From NCBI GenBank assembly GCA_964016885.1, contig OZ024740.1:279372001-279436000 (forward strand): DNA of 64,000 nt, read 5' to 3'. The stretch comes from Eledone cirrhosa. Its lineage: Eukaryota. The notes under the pieces were generated by a model. That model had not been told where the DNA came from. It did not search any database and saw nothing but the letters and a program-made list of their open reading frames with translations. This document shows positions 1 to 14,341 of this stretch, in pieces (within the stretch, counting starts at the first letter, position 1; each line of letters begins with the position of its first letter). The translations under genes were made by a program, and so were the position numbers.

Positions 1-3000
1 CGAAACACTCGTAAGCCGAAACACCCGTAAGTCAAAACATTCGTAAGTCAAAACACTCGTAAGTCGAAACACCCGTAAGTCAAAACACTCGTATGTCGAA
101 ACACTCGTAAGTCGAAACACCGTAAGTAAAAACACTCGTAAGTCGAAACACCCATAAGGCGAAACACTCTTAAGCCGAAACACTCGTAAGTCGAAACACT
201 CATAAGCCGAAACACTCGTAAGTCGAAACAGTCGTAAGTCGGAACACTCGTAAGTCAGAACACTCGTAAGTAAGAACACTCGTAACTCAAAACACTCGTA
301 AGTCGAAACACCCGTAAGTCGAAACGCCCGTAAGCCAAAACACTCATAAGCCGAAACACTCGTAAGTCGGAACACTCGTAAGTCGAAACACCCATAGCCG
401 AAACACTCGTAAGTCAAAACACTCGTAAGTCGAAACACCCGCAAGTCGAAACACCCATAAGTCAAAACACTCGTATGTCGAAACACTCGTAAACCGAAAC
501 ACTCGTAAGTCGGAACACTCGTAAGTCAGAACACTCGTAAGTCAGAACACTCGTAAGTCGAAACACTCATAAGTCGAAACACCCGTAAGCCGAAACACTC
601 GTAAGCCAAAACATTCGTAAGTCGAAACACTCGTATGCCGAAACACTCGTAAGTCGAAACACTCGTAAGTCGAAACACCCGTAAGTCGAAACACCCGTAA
701 GTCAAAACACTCGTATGTCGAAACACTCGTAAACCGAAACACTCGTAAGTCGGAACACTCGTAAGTCAGAACACTCATAAGTCAGAACACTCGTAAGTCG
801 AAACACTCATAAGTCGAAACACTCGTAAGTCGAAACACCCGTAAGTCGAAACACCCGTAAGTCGAAACACTCGTATGTCGAATAACTCGTAAGCCGAAAC
901 ACCGTAAGTCGAAATACTCGTAAGTCGAAAAACTCGTAAGTCGAAACACCCGTAAGCCGAAACACTCGTAAGCCAAAACATTCGTAAGTCGAAACACTCG
1001 TAAGCCGAAACACTCGTAAGCCAAAACATTCGTAAGTCGAAACACTCGTAAGTCGAAACACCCATAGCCGAAACACTCGTAAGTCGGAACACACGTAAGT
1101 CAGAACACCCGTAAGTCAGAACACTCGTAAGTCAGAACACTCGTAAGTCAGAGCACTCGTATCGAAACACTCCTATTTCAAAACACCCGTAAGTCAAAAC
1201 ACTCGTAAGTCGAAACACTCGTAAGCCGAAACACCGTAAGTAAAAAAACTCGTAAGTCGAAATACTCGTAAGCCGAAACACTCGTAAGCCGAAACAATCG
1301 TAATTCAAAACACTCGTAAGTCGAAACACTCGTAAGCCAAAAATACTCGTACGTCGAAACACCCGTAAGTCGAAACACTCGTAAGTCGAAACACTCGTAA
1401 GTCGAAACACTCGTAAGTCGAAACACTCTTAAGTCAGAGCACCCGTAAGTCAGATCACTCGTAAGTCGAAACACTCGTAAGTCGAAATACCCGTAAGTCG
1501 AAACATCCGTAAGTCAAAACACTCGTATGTCGAAATACTCGTAAGCCGAAACACTCGTAAGACGGAACACTCGCAAGTCAGAACACTCGTAAGTCAGAAC
1601 ACTCGTAAGTCGAAACACTCGTATCGAAACACTCGTATGTCAAAACACCCGTAAGTCAAAACACTCGTAAGTCGAAACACTCGTAAGTCGAAACACTCGT
1701 ATGTCGAAACATCCGTAAATCAGAACACTCGTAAGTCAGAACACTCGTAAGTCGAAACACTCGTAAGTCGAAACACTTGTAAGTCGAAACACCCTTAAGT
1801 CAAAACACCCGTAAGTCGAAACACTCGTAAGTCGAAACACTCGTACGCCGAAAAACTCGTAAGTAAAAACATTAGTAAGTCGAAACACTCGCAAGCCGAA
1901 ACACTCGTAAGTCGAAACACTCGTAAGCCGAAACACCCGTAAGTCAAAACATTCGTAAGTCAAAACACTCGTAATTCGAAACACTCGTAAGTCAAAACAC
2001 TCGTACGCCGAAACACTCGTAAGTAAAAACAGTAGTAAGTCGAAACACTCGTAAGCCGAAACACCGTAAGTCAAAACACTCGTAAATCGGACCACTCGTA
2101 ATTCACAACACCCGTAAGTCAAAACACCCGTAAGTCAAAACACTCGTAAGTCGAATCACTCGTAAGTCGAAACACCGTAAGTCAAAACACTCGTAAGTCG
2201 AAACACTCGTAAGTCGAAACACTCGTAAGCCGGAAACACTCGTAAGCCGAAACACTCGTAAGTCGGAACACTCGTAAGTCGGAACACTCGTAAGTCAGAA
2301 CACTCGTAAGTAAAAACATTAGTAAGTCGAAACACTCATAAGCCGAAACACTCGTAAGTCGAAACACTCGCAAGCCGAAACACCCGTAAGTCAAAACATT
2401 CGTAAGTCGAATCACTCGTAAGCCGACACACCGTAAGTCAAAACACTCGTAAATCGGAACACTCGTAATTCACAACACCCGTAAGTCAAAACACCCGTAA
2501 GTCAAAACACTCGTAAGTCGAATCACTCGTAAGCCGAAACACCGTAAGTCAAAACACTCGTAAGTCGAAACACTCGTAAGCCGGAAACACTCGTAAGCCG
2601 AAACACTTGTAAGTCAGAACACTCGTAAGTCAAAACACTCGTAAGTCAGAACACTCGTAAGTCAGAACACTCGTATCGAAACACTCGTATGTCAAAACAC
2701 CCGTAAGTCAAAACACTCGTAAGTCGAAACACTCGTAAGCTGAAACACCGTAAGTCAAAACACTCGTAAGTCGAAACAATCATAAGCCGAAAAACTCGTA
2801 AGTCGAAACACTCGTAAGTCGAAACACTCATAAGTCGAAACACTCGTAAGTCGAAACACGCGTATGTCGAAACATCCGTAAATCAGAACACTAGTAAGTC
2901 AAAACACTCGTAAGTCAAAACACTCGTAAGCCGAAACACCCGTAAGTCAAAACACCCGTAAGTCGAAACACTCGGAAGTCGAAACACTCGTACGCCGAAA

Positions 3001-4589
3001 CACTCGTAAGTAAAAACATTAGTAAGTCGAAACACTCGTAAGCCGAAAGACTCGTAAGTCGAAACACTCGTAAGCCGAAACACCCGTAAGTCAAAACATT
3101 CGTAAGTCAAAATACTCGTAAGTCGAAACACTCGTAAGTCGAAACACTCGTAAGTCAAAACTCTCGTGCGCCGAAACACTCGTAAGTAAAAACATTAGTA
3201 AGTCGAAACGCTCGTAAGCCGAAACACTCGTAAGTCGAAACACTCGTAAGCCGAAACACCCGTAAGTCAAAACACTCGTATGTCGAAACACTCGTAAGTC
3301 AGAACACTCGTAAGTCAGAACACTCGTATCGAAACACTCGTATGTCAAAACACCCGTAAGTCAAAACACTCGTAAGTCGAAACACTCGTATGTCAAAACA
3401 CCCGTAAGTCATAACACTCGTAAGTCGAAACACTCGCAAGCAGAAACACCGTAAGTCAAAACACTCGTAAGTCAAAACACTCGTAAGTCGAAACACTCGT
3501 AATTCGAAACACTCGTAAGTCGAAACACTCGTAAGTCGAAACACTCGTAAGTCAAAACACTCATACGCCGAAACACTCGTAAGTCGAAACACTCGTAAGT
3601 CGAAGCGCTCGTAAGTCGAAACACTCTTAAGTCGAAAGACCCGTAAGTCGAAACACCCGTACGTCAAAACACTCGTAAGTCGAAACACTCGTATGTCAAA
3701 ACACCCGTAAGTCTTTACACTCGTATGTCGAAACACTCGTAAGCCGAAACACCGTAAGTCAAAACACTCGTAAGTCGAAACACTCGTAAGTCGAAACACC
3801 CGTAAGCCGAAACACTCGTAAGTCGAAACACTCGTAAGCCGAAGCACTCGTAAGTCGAAACCCTCATAAGCCGAAACACTCGTAAGTCGGAACACTCGTA
3901 AGTCAGAACACCCGTAAGTCAGAACACTCGTAAGCCAAACAATCGTAAGTCAAAACACTCGTAAGTCAAAACACTCGTAAGCCGAAACACTCGTAAGCCG
4001 AAACACTCGTAAGCCGAAACAGTCGTAAGTCGAAACACTCGTAAGTCGAAACACACGTAAGCCGAAACACTGAAACACTCGTAAGCCGAAACACTCGTAA
4101 GTCGAAACACACGTAAGCCGAAACACTCATAAGCCGAAACACTCGTAAGCCAAAACATTCGTACGTCGAAACACTCGTAGGCCGAAATACTCGTAAGTCG
4201 AAACACTCGTAAGCCGAAGCACTCGTAAGTCGAAACACTCATAAGCCGAAACACTCGTAAGTCGAAACAATCGTAAGTCAAAACACACTTAAGCCGAAAC
4301 ACCGAAACACTCGTAAGCCGAAACACTTGTAAGTCGAAACACTCGCAAGTCGAAACACTCGTAAGTCGAAACACTCGTAAGTAGGAACACTCGTAAGTCA
4401 GATCACTCGTAAGTCGAAGTAAGTCAAAACATTCGTAAGTCAAAGCACTCGTAAGTCGAAACACTCGTAAGTTGAAACACTCGTAAGTCGGAACATTCGT
4501 AGTCGAAAAACGCGTAAGTCGAAACAACCGTAAGTTAAAACACTCGTAAGTCGAAACACTCGTACGCCGAAACACTCGTAAAGCGAAAC

Positions 4590-4658
4590 GTATAAATAAA
4601 GATTAATGTAATGAATTTGAAAAGCATAGATATTTGAAACCGCGTCTATTTGTTATTT
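4590..4658. other. 69-bp AT-rich non-satellite insert in satellite A, copy 1 (allele A)
   Basis: GTATAAATAAAGATTAATGTAATGAATTTGAAAAGCATAGATATTTGAAACCGCGTCTATTTGTTATTT lies between ...aagcgaaac and tcgtaagtc.... Confidence 0.95.
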
Positions 4659-7600
4659 TCGTAAGTCGAAACACTCGTAAGCCGAAACACTCGTAAGTAG
4701 AAACACTCGTAAGTCGGAACATTCGTAAGTCGAAACACTCGTAAGTGGAAACACTCGTAAGTCGAAACACGCGTAAGTCGAAACACCCGTAAGCTAAATC
4801 ACTCGTAAGTCGAAACACTCGTAAGGCAAAACACCCGTAAGTCAGAACATTCGTAAGTCAAAACACTCGTAAGTCGAAACACTCGTAAGTCGGAACACTC
4901 GTAAGTCAGAACACTCGTAAGTCAGAACACTCGTAAGTCAGAACACTCGTAAGTCGAAACACTCGCAAGTCGAAACACTCGTAAGTCGAAACACTCGTAA
5001 GTAGGAACACTCGTAAGTCAGATCACTCGTAAGTCGAAGTAATTCAAAACATTCGTAAGTCAAAGCACTCGTAAGTCGAAACACTCGTAAGTCAAAACAC
5101 TCGTACGCCGAAACACTCGTAAGTCGAAACACTCGTATGTCGAAGCGCTCGTAAGTCGAAACACTCTTACGTCGAAACACCCGTAAGTCGAAACACCCGT
5201 AAGTCAAAACACTCGTATGTCGAAACACTCGTAAGCCGAAACACTCATAAGCCGAAACACTCGTAAGTCGAAACACTCGTAAGCCGAAACACTCGTAAGT
5301 CGAAACACTCGTAAACCGAAGCACTCGTAAGTCGAAACACTCATAAGCTGAAACACTCGTAAGTCGGAACACTCGTAAGTCAGAACACCCGTAAGTCAGA
5401 CCACTCGTAAGTCAGAACACTCGTAAGTCAGAACACTCGTATCGAAACACTCGTATGTCAAAACACCCGTAAGTCAAAACACTCGTAAGTCAAAACACTC
5501 GTAAGCCGAAACACCGTAAGTCAAAACACCCGTAAGTCGAAACACTCGTAAACCGAAACACTCGTAACTCGAAACAATCGTAAGCCGAAACACACGTAAG
5601 TCGGAACACCCGTAAGTCGAAACACTCGTAAGTCGAAACACTCGTAAGTCGGAACATTCGTAGTCGAAACACTCGTAAGTCTAAACACTCGTAAATCGAA
5701 ACACGCGTAAGTCGAAACACCCGTAAGTGAAAAAAACAATCGTAAGTCGAAACACTCGTAAGTCAGAACACTTGTAGGTCAGAACACTCGTAAGTCGAAA
5801 CACTCGTAAGTCAGAACACTCGTAACACTCGTAAGTCGAAACACTCGTATCGAAACACTCGTATGTCAAAACACCCGTAAGTCTTAACACTCGTAAGTCG
5901 AAACACTCGTAAGCAGAAACACCGTAAGTCAAAACACTCGTAAGTCGAAACACTCGTAAGTCGGAACACTTGTAAGCCGAAACACTCGTAAGTCGGAACG
6001 CTCGTAAGTCGGAACACTCGTAAGTCAGAACACTCGTAAGTCGAAACACTCGTAAGCCGAAACACTCGTAAGTCGGAACACTCGTAAGTCAGAACGCTCG
6101 TAAGTCAGAACACTCGTAAGTCAGAACACTCGTAATTCAGAACACTCGTAAGTCAGAACACTCGTAACACTCGTAAGTCGAAACACTCGTATCGAAACAC
6201 TCGTATGTCAAAACACCCGTAAGTCTTAACACTCGTAAGTCGAAACACTCGTAAGTCGGAACGCTCGTAAGTCTGAACACTCGTATGTCGAAACACTCGT
6301 AAGCCGAAACATCGTAAGTAAAAACACTCGTAAGTCGAAATACCCATGAGTCGAAACACTCGTAAGCCGAAACACTCGTAAGTCGAAACACTCATAAGCG
6401 GAAACACTCGTAAATCGGAACACTCGTAATTCACAACACCCGTAAGTCAAAACACCCGTAAGTCAAAACACTCGTAAGTCGAATCACTCGTAAGCCGAAA
6501 CACCGTAAGTCAAAACACTCGTAAGTCGAAACACTCGTAAGCCGGAAACACTCGTAAGCCGAAACACTCGTAAGTCGGAACACTCGTAAGTCGGAACACT
6601 CGTAGTCAGAACACTCGTAAGTCAAAACACTCGTAAGTCAGAACACTCGTATCGAAACACTCGTATGTCAAAACACCCGTAAGTCAAAACACTCGTAAGT
6701 CGAAACACTCGTAAGCCGAAACACCGTAAGTCAAAACACTCGTAAGTCGAAACACTCATAAGCCGAAACACTCGTAAGTCGAAACACTCGTAAGTCGAAA
6801 CACTCATAAGTCGAAACACTAGTAAGTCGAAACACTCGTATGTCGAAACATCCGTAAATCAGAACACTCGTAATTCAAAACACTCGTAAGTCGAAACACT
6901 CGTAAGCCAAAAATACTCGTAAGTCGAAACACCCTTAAGTCAAAACACTCGTAAGTCAAAACACTCGTAAGCCGAAACACCCGTAAGTCAAAACACCCGT
7001 AAGTCGAAACACTCGTAAGTCGAAACACTCGTACGCCGAAACACTCGTAAGCCGAAAGACTCGTAAGTCGAAACACTCGTAAGCCGAAACACCCGTAAGT
7101 CAAAACATTCGTAAGTCAAAACACTCGTAATTCGAAACACTCGTAAGTCAAAACACTCGTACGCCGAAACACTCGTAAGTAAAAACAGTAGTAAGTCGAA
7201 ACACTCGTAAGCCGAAACACCGTAAGTCAAAACACTCGTAAATCGGACCACTCGTAATTCACAACACCCGTAAGTCAAAACACCCGTAAGTCAAAACACT
7301 CGTAAGTCGAATCACTCGTAAGTCGAAACACCGTAAGTCAAAACACTCGTAAGTCGAAACACTCGTAAGTCGAAACACTCGTAAGCCGGAAACACTCGTA
7401 AGCCGAAACACTCGTAAGTCGGAACACTCGTAAGTCGGAACACTCGTAAGTCAGAACACTCGTAAGTAAAAACATTAGTAAGTCGAAACACTCATAAGCC
7501 GAAACACTCGTAAGTCGAAACACTCGCAAGCCGAAACACCCGTAAGTCAAAACATTCGTAAGTCGAATCACTCGTAAGCCGACACACCGTAAGTCAAAAC

Positions 7601-9682
7601 ACTCGTAAATCGGAACACTCGTAATTCACAACACCCGTAAGTCAAAACACCCGTAAGTCAAAACACTCGTAAGTCGAATCACTCGTAAGCCGAAACACCG
7701 TAAGTCAAAACACTCGTAAGTCGAAACACTCGTAAGCCGGAAACACTCGTAAGCCGAAACACTTGTAAGTCAGAACACTCGTAAGTCAAAACACTCGTAA
7801 GTCAGAACACTCGTAAGTCAGAACACTCGTATCGAAACACTCGTATGTCAAAACACCCGTAAGTCAAAACACTCGTAAGTCGAAACACTCGTAAGCTGAA
7901 ACACCGTAAGTCAAAACACTCGTAAGTCGAAACAATCATAAGCCGAAAAACTCGTAAGTCGAAACACTCGTAAGTCGAAACACTCATAAGTCGAAACACT
8001 CGTAAGTCGAAACACGCGTATGTCGAAACATCCGTAAATCAGAACACTAGTAAGTCAAAACACTCGTAAGTCAAAACACTCGTAAGTCAAAACACTCGTA
8101 AGCCGAAACACCCGTAAGTCAAAACACCCGTAAGTCGAAACACTCGGAAGTCGAAACACTCGTACGCCGAAACACTCGTAAGTAAAAACATTAGTAAGTC
8201 GAAACACTCGTAAGCCGAAAGACTCGTAAGTCGAAACACTCGTAAGCCGAAACACCCGTAAGTCAAAACATTCGTAAGTCAAAATACTCGTAAGTCGAAA
8301 CACTCGTAAGTCGAAACACTCGTAAGTCAAAACTCTCGTACGCCGAAACACTCGTAAGTAAAAACATTAGTAAGTCGAAACGCTCGTAAGCCGAAACACT
8401 CGTAAGTCGAAACACTCGTAAGCCGAAACACCCGTAAGTCAAAACACTCGTATGTCGAAACACTCGTAAGTCAGAACACTCGTAAGTCAGAACACTCGTA
8501 TCGAAACACTCGTATGTCAAAACACCCGTAAGTCAAAACACCCGTAAGTCAAAACACTCGTAAGTCAAAACACTCGTAAGTCGAAACACTCGTAATTCGA
8601 AACACTCGTAAGTCGAAACACTCGTAAGTCGAAACACTCGTAAGTTAAAACACTCATACGCCGAAACACTCGTAAGTCGAAACACTCGTAAGTCGAAGCG
8701 CTCGTAAGTCGAAACACTCTTAAGTCGAAAGACCCGTAAGTCGAAACACCCGTACGTCAAAACACTCGTAAGTCGAAACACTCGTATGTCAAAACACCCG
8801 TAAGTCTTTACACTCGTATGTCGAAACACTCGTAAGCCGAAACACCGTAAGTCAAAACACTCGTAAGTCGAAACACTCGTAAGTCGAAACACCCGTAAGC
8901 CGAAACACTCGTAAGTCGAAACACTCGTAAGCCGAAGCACTCGTAAGTCGAAACCCTCATAAGCCGAAACACTCGTAAGTCGGAACACTCGTAAGTCAGA
9001 ACACCCGTAAGTCAGAACACTCGTAAGCCAAACAATTGTAAGTCAAAACACTCGTAAGTCAAAACACTCGTAAGCCGAAACACTCGTAAGCCGAAACACT
9101 CGTAAGCCGAAACAGTCGTAAGTCGAAACACTCGTAAGTCGAAACACACGTAAGCCGAAACACTGAAACACTCGTAAGCCGAAACACTCGTAAGTCGAAA
9201 CACACGTAAGCCGAAACACTCATAAGCCGAAACACTCGTAAGCCAAAACATTCGTACGTCGAAACACTCGTAAGCCGAAATACTCGTAAGTCGAAACACT
9301 CGTAAGCCGAAGCACTCGTAAGTCGAAACACTCATAAGCCGAAACACTCGTAAGTCGAAACAATCGTAATTCAAAACACACTTAAGCCGAAACACCGAAA
9401 CACTCGTAAGCCGAAACACTTGTAAGTCGAAACACTCGCAAGTCGAAACACTCGTAAGTCGAAACACTCGTAAGTAGGAACACTCGTAAGTCAGATCACT
9501 CGTAAGTCGAAGTAAGTCAAAACATTCGTAAGTCAAAGCACTCGTAAGTCGAAACACTCGTAAGTTGAAACACTCGTAAGTCGGAACATTCGTAGTCGAA
9601 AAACGCGTAAGTCGAAACAACCGTAAGTTAAAACACTCGTAAGTCGAAACACTCGTACGCCGAAACACTCGTAAAGCGAAAC

Positions 9683-9751
9683 GTATAAATAAAGATTAAT
9701 GTAATGAATTTGAAAAGCATAGATATTTGAAACCGCGTCTATTTGTTATTT
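9683..9751. other. 69-bp AT-rich insert, copy 2 (allele A)
   Basis: Same sequence and flanks as 4590-4658. Confidence 0.95.
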
Positions 9752-12700
9752 TCGTAAGTCGAAACACTCGTAAGCCGAAACACTCGTAAGTAGAAACACT
9801 CGTAAGTCGGAACATTCGTAAGTCGAAACACTCGTAAGTCGAAACACTCGTAAGTCGAAACACGCGTAAGTCGAAACACCCGTAAGTTAAAACACTCGTA
9901 AGTCGAAACACTCGTAAGGCAAAACACCCGTAAGTCAGAACATTCGTAAGTCAAAACACTCGTAAGTCGAAACACTCGTAAGTCGGAACACTCGTAAGTC
10001 AGAACACTCGTAAGTCAGAACACTCGTAAGTCAGAACACTCGTAAGTCGAAACACTCGCAAGTCGAAACACTCGTAAGTCGAAACACTCGTAAGTAGGAA
10101 CACTCGTAAGTCAGATCACTCGTAAGTCGAAGTAATTCAAAACATTCGTAAGTCAAAGCACTCGTAAGTCGAAACACTCGTAAGTCAAAACACTCGTACG
10201 CCGAAACACTCGTAAGTCGAAACACTCGTATGTCGAAGCGCTCGTAAGTCGAAACACTCTTACGTCGAAACACCCGTAAGTCGAAACACCCGTAAGTCAA
10301 AACACTCGTATGTCGAAACACTCGTAAGCCGAAACACTCATAAGCCGAAACACTCGTAAGTCGAAACACTCGTAAGCCGAAACACTCGTAAGTCGAAACA
10401 CTCGTAAACCGAAGCACTCGTAAGTCGAAACACTCATAAGCTGAAACACTCGTAAGTCGGAACACTCGTAAGTCAGAACACCCGTAAGTCAGACCACTCG
10501 TAAGTCAGAACACTCGTAAGTCAGAACACTCGTATCGAAACACTCGTATGTCAAAACACCCGTAAGTCAAAACACTCGTAAGTCAAAACACTCGTAAGCC
10601 GAAACACCGTAAGTCAAAACACCCGTAAGTCGAAACACTCGTAAACCGAAACACTCGTAACTCGAAACAATCGTAAGCCGAAACACACGTAAGTCGGAAC
10701 ACCCGTAAGTCGAAACACTCGTAAGTCGAAACACTCGTAAGTCGGAACATTCGTAGTCGAAACACTTGTAAGTCTAAACACTCGTAAATCGAAACACGCG
10801 TAAGTCGAAACACCCGTAAGTGAAAAAAACAATCGTAAGTCGAAACACTCGTAAGTCAGAACACTTGTAGGTCAGAACACTCGTAAGTCGAAACACTCGT
10901 AAGTCAGAACACTCGTAACACTCGTAAGTCGAAACACTCGTATCGAAACACTCGTATGTCAAAACACCCGTAAGTCTTAACACTCGTAAGTCGAAACACT
11001 CGTAAGCAGAAACACCGTAAGTCAAAACACTCGTAAGTCGAAACACTCGTAAGTCGGAACACTTGTAAGCCGAAACACTCGTAAGTCGGAACGCTCGTAA
11101 GTCGGAACACTCGTAAGTCAGAACACTCGTAAGTCGAAACACTCGTAAGCCGAAACACTCGTAAGTCGGAACACTCGTAAGTCAGAACGCTCGTAAGTCA
11201 GAACACTCGTAAGTCAGAACACTCGTAATTCAGAACACTCGTAAGTCAGAACACTCGTAACACTCGTAAGTCGAAACACTCGTATCGAAACACTCGTATG
11301 TCAAAACACCCGTAAGTCTTAACACTCGTAAGTCGAAACACTCGTAAGTCGGAACGCTCGTAAGTCTGAACACTCGTATGTCGAAACACTCGTAAGCCGA
11401 AACATCGTAAGTAAAAACACTCGTAAGTCGAAATACCCATGAGTCGAAACACTCGTAAGCCGAAACACTCGTAAGTCGAAACACTCATAAGCGGAAACAC
11501 TCGTAAATCGGAACACTCGTAATTCACAACACCCGTAAGTCAAAACACCCGTAAGTCAAAACACTCGTAAGTCGAATCACTCGTAAGCCGAAACACCGTA
11601 AGTCAAAAAACTCGTAAGTCGAAACACTCGTAAGCCGGAAACACTCGTAAGCCGAAACACTCGTAAGTCGGAACACTCGTAAGTCGGAACACTCGTAGTC
11701 AGAACACTCGTAAGTCAAAACACTCGTAAGTCAGAACACTCGTATCGAAACACTCGTATGTCAAAACACCCGTAAGTCAAAACACTCGTAAGTCGAAACA
11801 CTCGTAAGCCGAAACACCGTAAGTCAAAACACTCGTAAGTCGAAACACTCATAAGCCGAAACACTCGTAAGTCGAAACACTCGTAAGTCGAAACACTCAT
11901 AAGTCGAAACACTAGTAAGTCGAAACACTCGTATGTCGAAACATCCGTAAATCAGAACACTCGTAATTCAAAACACTCGTAAGTCGAAACACTCGTAAGC
12001 CCAAAATACTCGTAAGTCGAAACACCCTTAAGTCAAAACACTCGTAAGTCAAAACACTCGTAAGCCGAAACACCCGTAAGTCAAAACACCCGTAAGTCGA
12101 AACACTCGTAAGTCGAAACACTCGTACGCCGAAACACTCGTAAGCCGAAAGACTCGTAAGTCGAAACACTCGTAAGCCGAAACACCCGTAAGTCAAAACA
12201 TTCGTAAGTCAAAACACTCGTAAGTCGAAACACTCGTAAGTCGAAACACTCGTAAGTCAAAACTCTCGTAAGCCGAAACACTCGTAAGTAAGAACATTAG
12301 TAAGTCGAAACACTCGTAAGCCGAAACACTCGTAAGTCGAAACACTCGTAAGCCGAAACACCCGTAAGTCAAAACATTCGTAAGTCAAAACACTCGTAAG
12401 TCGAAACACCCGTAAGTCAAAACACTCGTATGTCGAAACACCCATAAGTCGAAACACTCGTAAGCCGAAACACTCGTAAGTCGAAACACTCATAAGCCGA
12501 AACACTCGTAAGTCGGAACACTCGTAAATCAGAACACCCGCAAGTCAGAACACTCGTAAATCAGAACACTCTTAAGTCGAAACTCACGTAAGCCGAAACA
12601 CTCGTAAGTCGAAACACTCGTAAGTCGAAAAACTTGTAAGTCAAAACACTCGTACGCCGAAACACTCGTAAGTAAAAACATTAGTAAGTCGAAACACCCA

Positions 12701-14272
12701 TAATCCGAAACACTCGTAAGTCGAAACACTCGCAAGCCGTAACACCCGTAAGTCAAAACATTCGTAAGTCGAATCACTCGTAAGCCGAAACACCGTAAGT
12801 CAAAACACTCGTAAATCGGAACACTCGTAATTCACAACACCCGTAAGTCAAAACACCCGTAAGTCAAAACACTCGTAAGTCGAATCACTCGTAAGCCGAA
12901 ACACCGTAAGTCAAAACACTCGTAAGTCGAAACACTCGTAAGCCGAAACACTCGTAAGTCAGAACACTCGTAAGTCAAAACACTCGTAAGTCAGAACACT
13001 CGTAAGTCAGAACACTCGTATCGAAACACTCGTATGTCAAAACACACGTAAGTCAAAACACTCGTAAGTCGAAACACTCGTAAGCTGAAACACCGTAAGT
13101 CAAAACACTCGTAAGTCGAAACACTCATAAGTCGAAACACTCGTAAGTCGAAACACTCGTATGTCGAAACATCCGTAAATCAGAACACTAGTAAGTCGAA
13201 ACACTCGTAAGCCAAAAATACTCGTAAGTCGAAACACCCTTAAGTCAAAACACTCGTAAGTCAAAACACTCGTAAGCCGAAACACCCGTAAGTCAAAACA
13301 CCCGTAAGTCGAAACACTCGGAAGTCGAAACACTCGTACGCCGAAACACTCGTAAGTAAAAACATTAGTAAGTCGAAACACTCGTAAGCCGAAAGACTCG
13401 TAAGTCGAAACACTCGTAAGCCGAAACACCCGTAAGTCAAAACATTCGTAAGTCAAAATACTCGTAAGTCGAAACACTCGTAAGTCGAAACACTCGTAAG
13501 TCAAAACTCTCGTACGCCGAAACACTCGTAAGTAAAAACATTAGTAAGTCGAAACGCTCGTAAGCCGAAACACTCGTAAGTCGAAACACTCGTAAGCCGA
13601 AACACCCGTAAGACAAAACATTCGTAAGTCAAAACACTCGTAAGTCGAAACACTCATAAGCCGAAACACTCGTAAGTCGGAACACTCGTAAATCAGAACA
13701 CTCTTAAGTCGAAACTCACTTAAGCCGAAACACTCGTAAGTCGAAACACTCGTAAGTCGAAACATCCTTAAGTCAAAATTCGTACACCGAAACACTCGTA
13801 AGTAAAAACATTAGTAATTCGAAACACTCGTAAGCCGAAACACTCGTAAGTCAGAACACTCGTAAGTCAGAACACTCGTAAGTCGAAACACTAATAAGTC
13901 AAAACACTCGTAAGTCAAAACACTCGAACGCCGAAACACTCGTAAGTAAAAACATTAGTAAGTCGAAACACTCATAAGCCGAAACACTCGTAAGTCGAAA
14001 CACTCGCAAGCCGAAACACCGTAAGTCAAAACACTCGTAAATCGGAACACTGGTAATTCACAACACCCGTAAGTCAAAACACCCGTATGTCAAAACACTC
14101 GTAAGTCGAAACACTCCTAAGTCGGAACACTCGTAAGTCGGAACACTCGTAAACCGAAACACTCGTAAGCAAAAACATTCGTAAGTCGAAACACCCGTAA
14201 GCAAAAACATTCGGAAGTCGAAACACTCGTATGTCGAAACACTCGTAAGTCGAAACACTCGTAAAGCGAAAC

Positions 14273-14341
14273 GTATAAATAAAGATTAATGTAATGAATT
14301 TGAAAATCATAGAGATTTGAAACCGCGTCTATTTGTTATTT
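14273..14341. other. 69-bp AT-rich insert, copy 3 (allele B)
   Basis: Same insert with two substitutions: GAAAATCATAGAGATTTG instead of GAAAAGCATAGATATTTG. Confidence 0.95.

Larger units (their letters stand above)
1925..12173. repeat. Near-identical ~5.1-kb tandem duplication within satellite A (copy 1 ~1925-7080, copy 2 ~7081-12173)
   Basis: Strings of rare variants and matching pseudo-ORFs recur at offsets of 5156 (2182/7338, 2646/7802), 5172 (3091/8263) and 5093 (3919/9012, 4938/10031, 5490/10583, 6137/11230, 6819/11912). The 69-bp insert is at 4590 and 9683, also offset 5093. Boundaries are approximate. Confidence 0.9.

Noticed and set aside
63-330. Canonical CENP-B box in SatA CCCG-variant monomers (minus strand TTCG-ACTT-A-CGGG, for example around 311-323)
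   Set aside because: The canonical core is TTCG-N4-A-N2-CGGG, and here the 2-nt spacer before CGGG is missing. It is a near miss only and is not called as a site.
4590-4658. TATA box or promoter (TATAAATA) and AATAAA poly(A) signal in the 69-bp insert
   Set aside because: Such motifs are expected by chance in very AT-rich sequence, and there is no associated gene or transcript evidence.
4584-4661. The insert as a MITE or structured ncRNA
   Set aside because: Inverted matches are only 5-6 bp, there is no target-site duplication, and all copies share one insertion site, which points to passive duplication rather than transposition.
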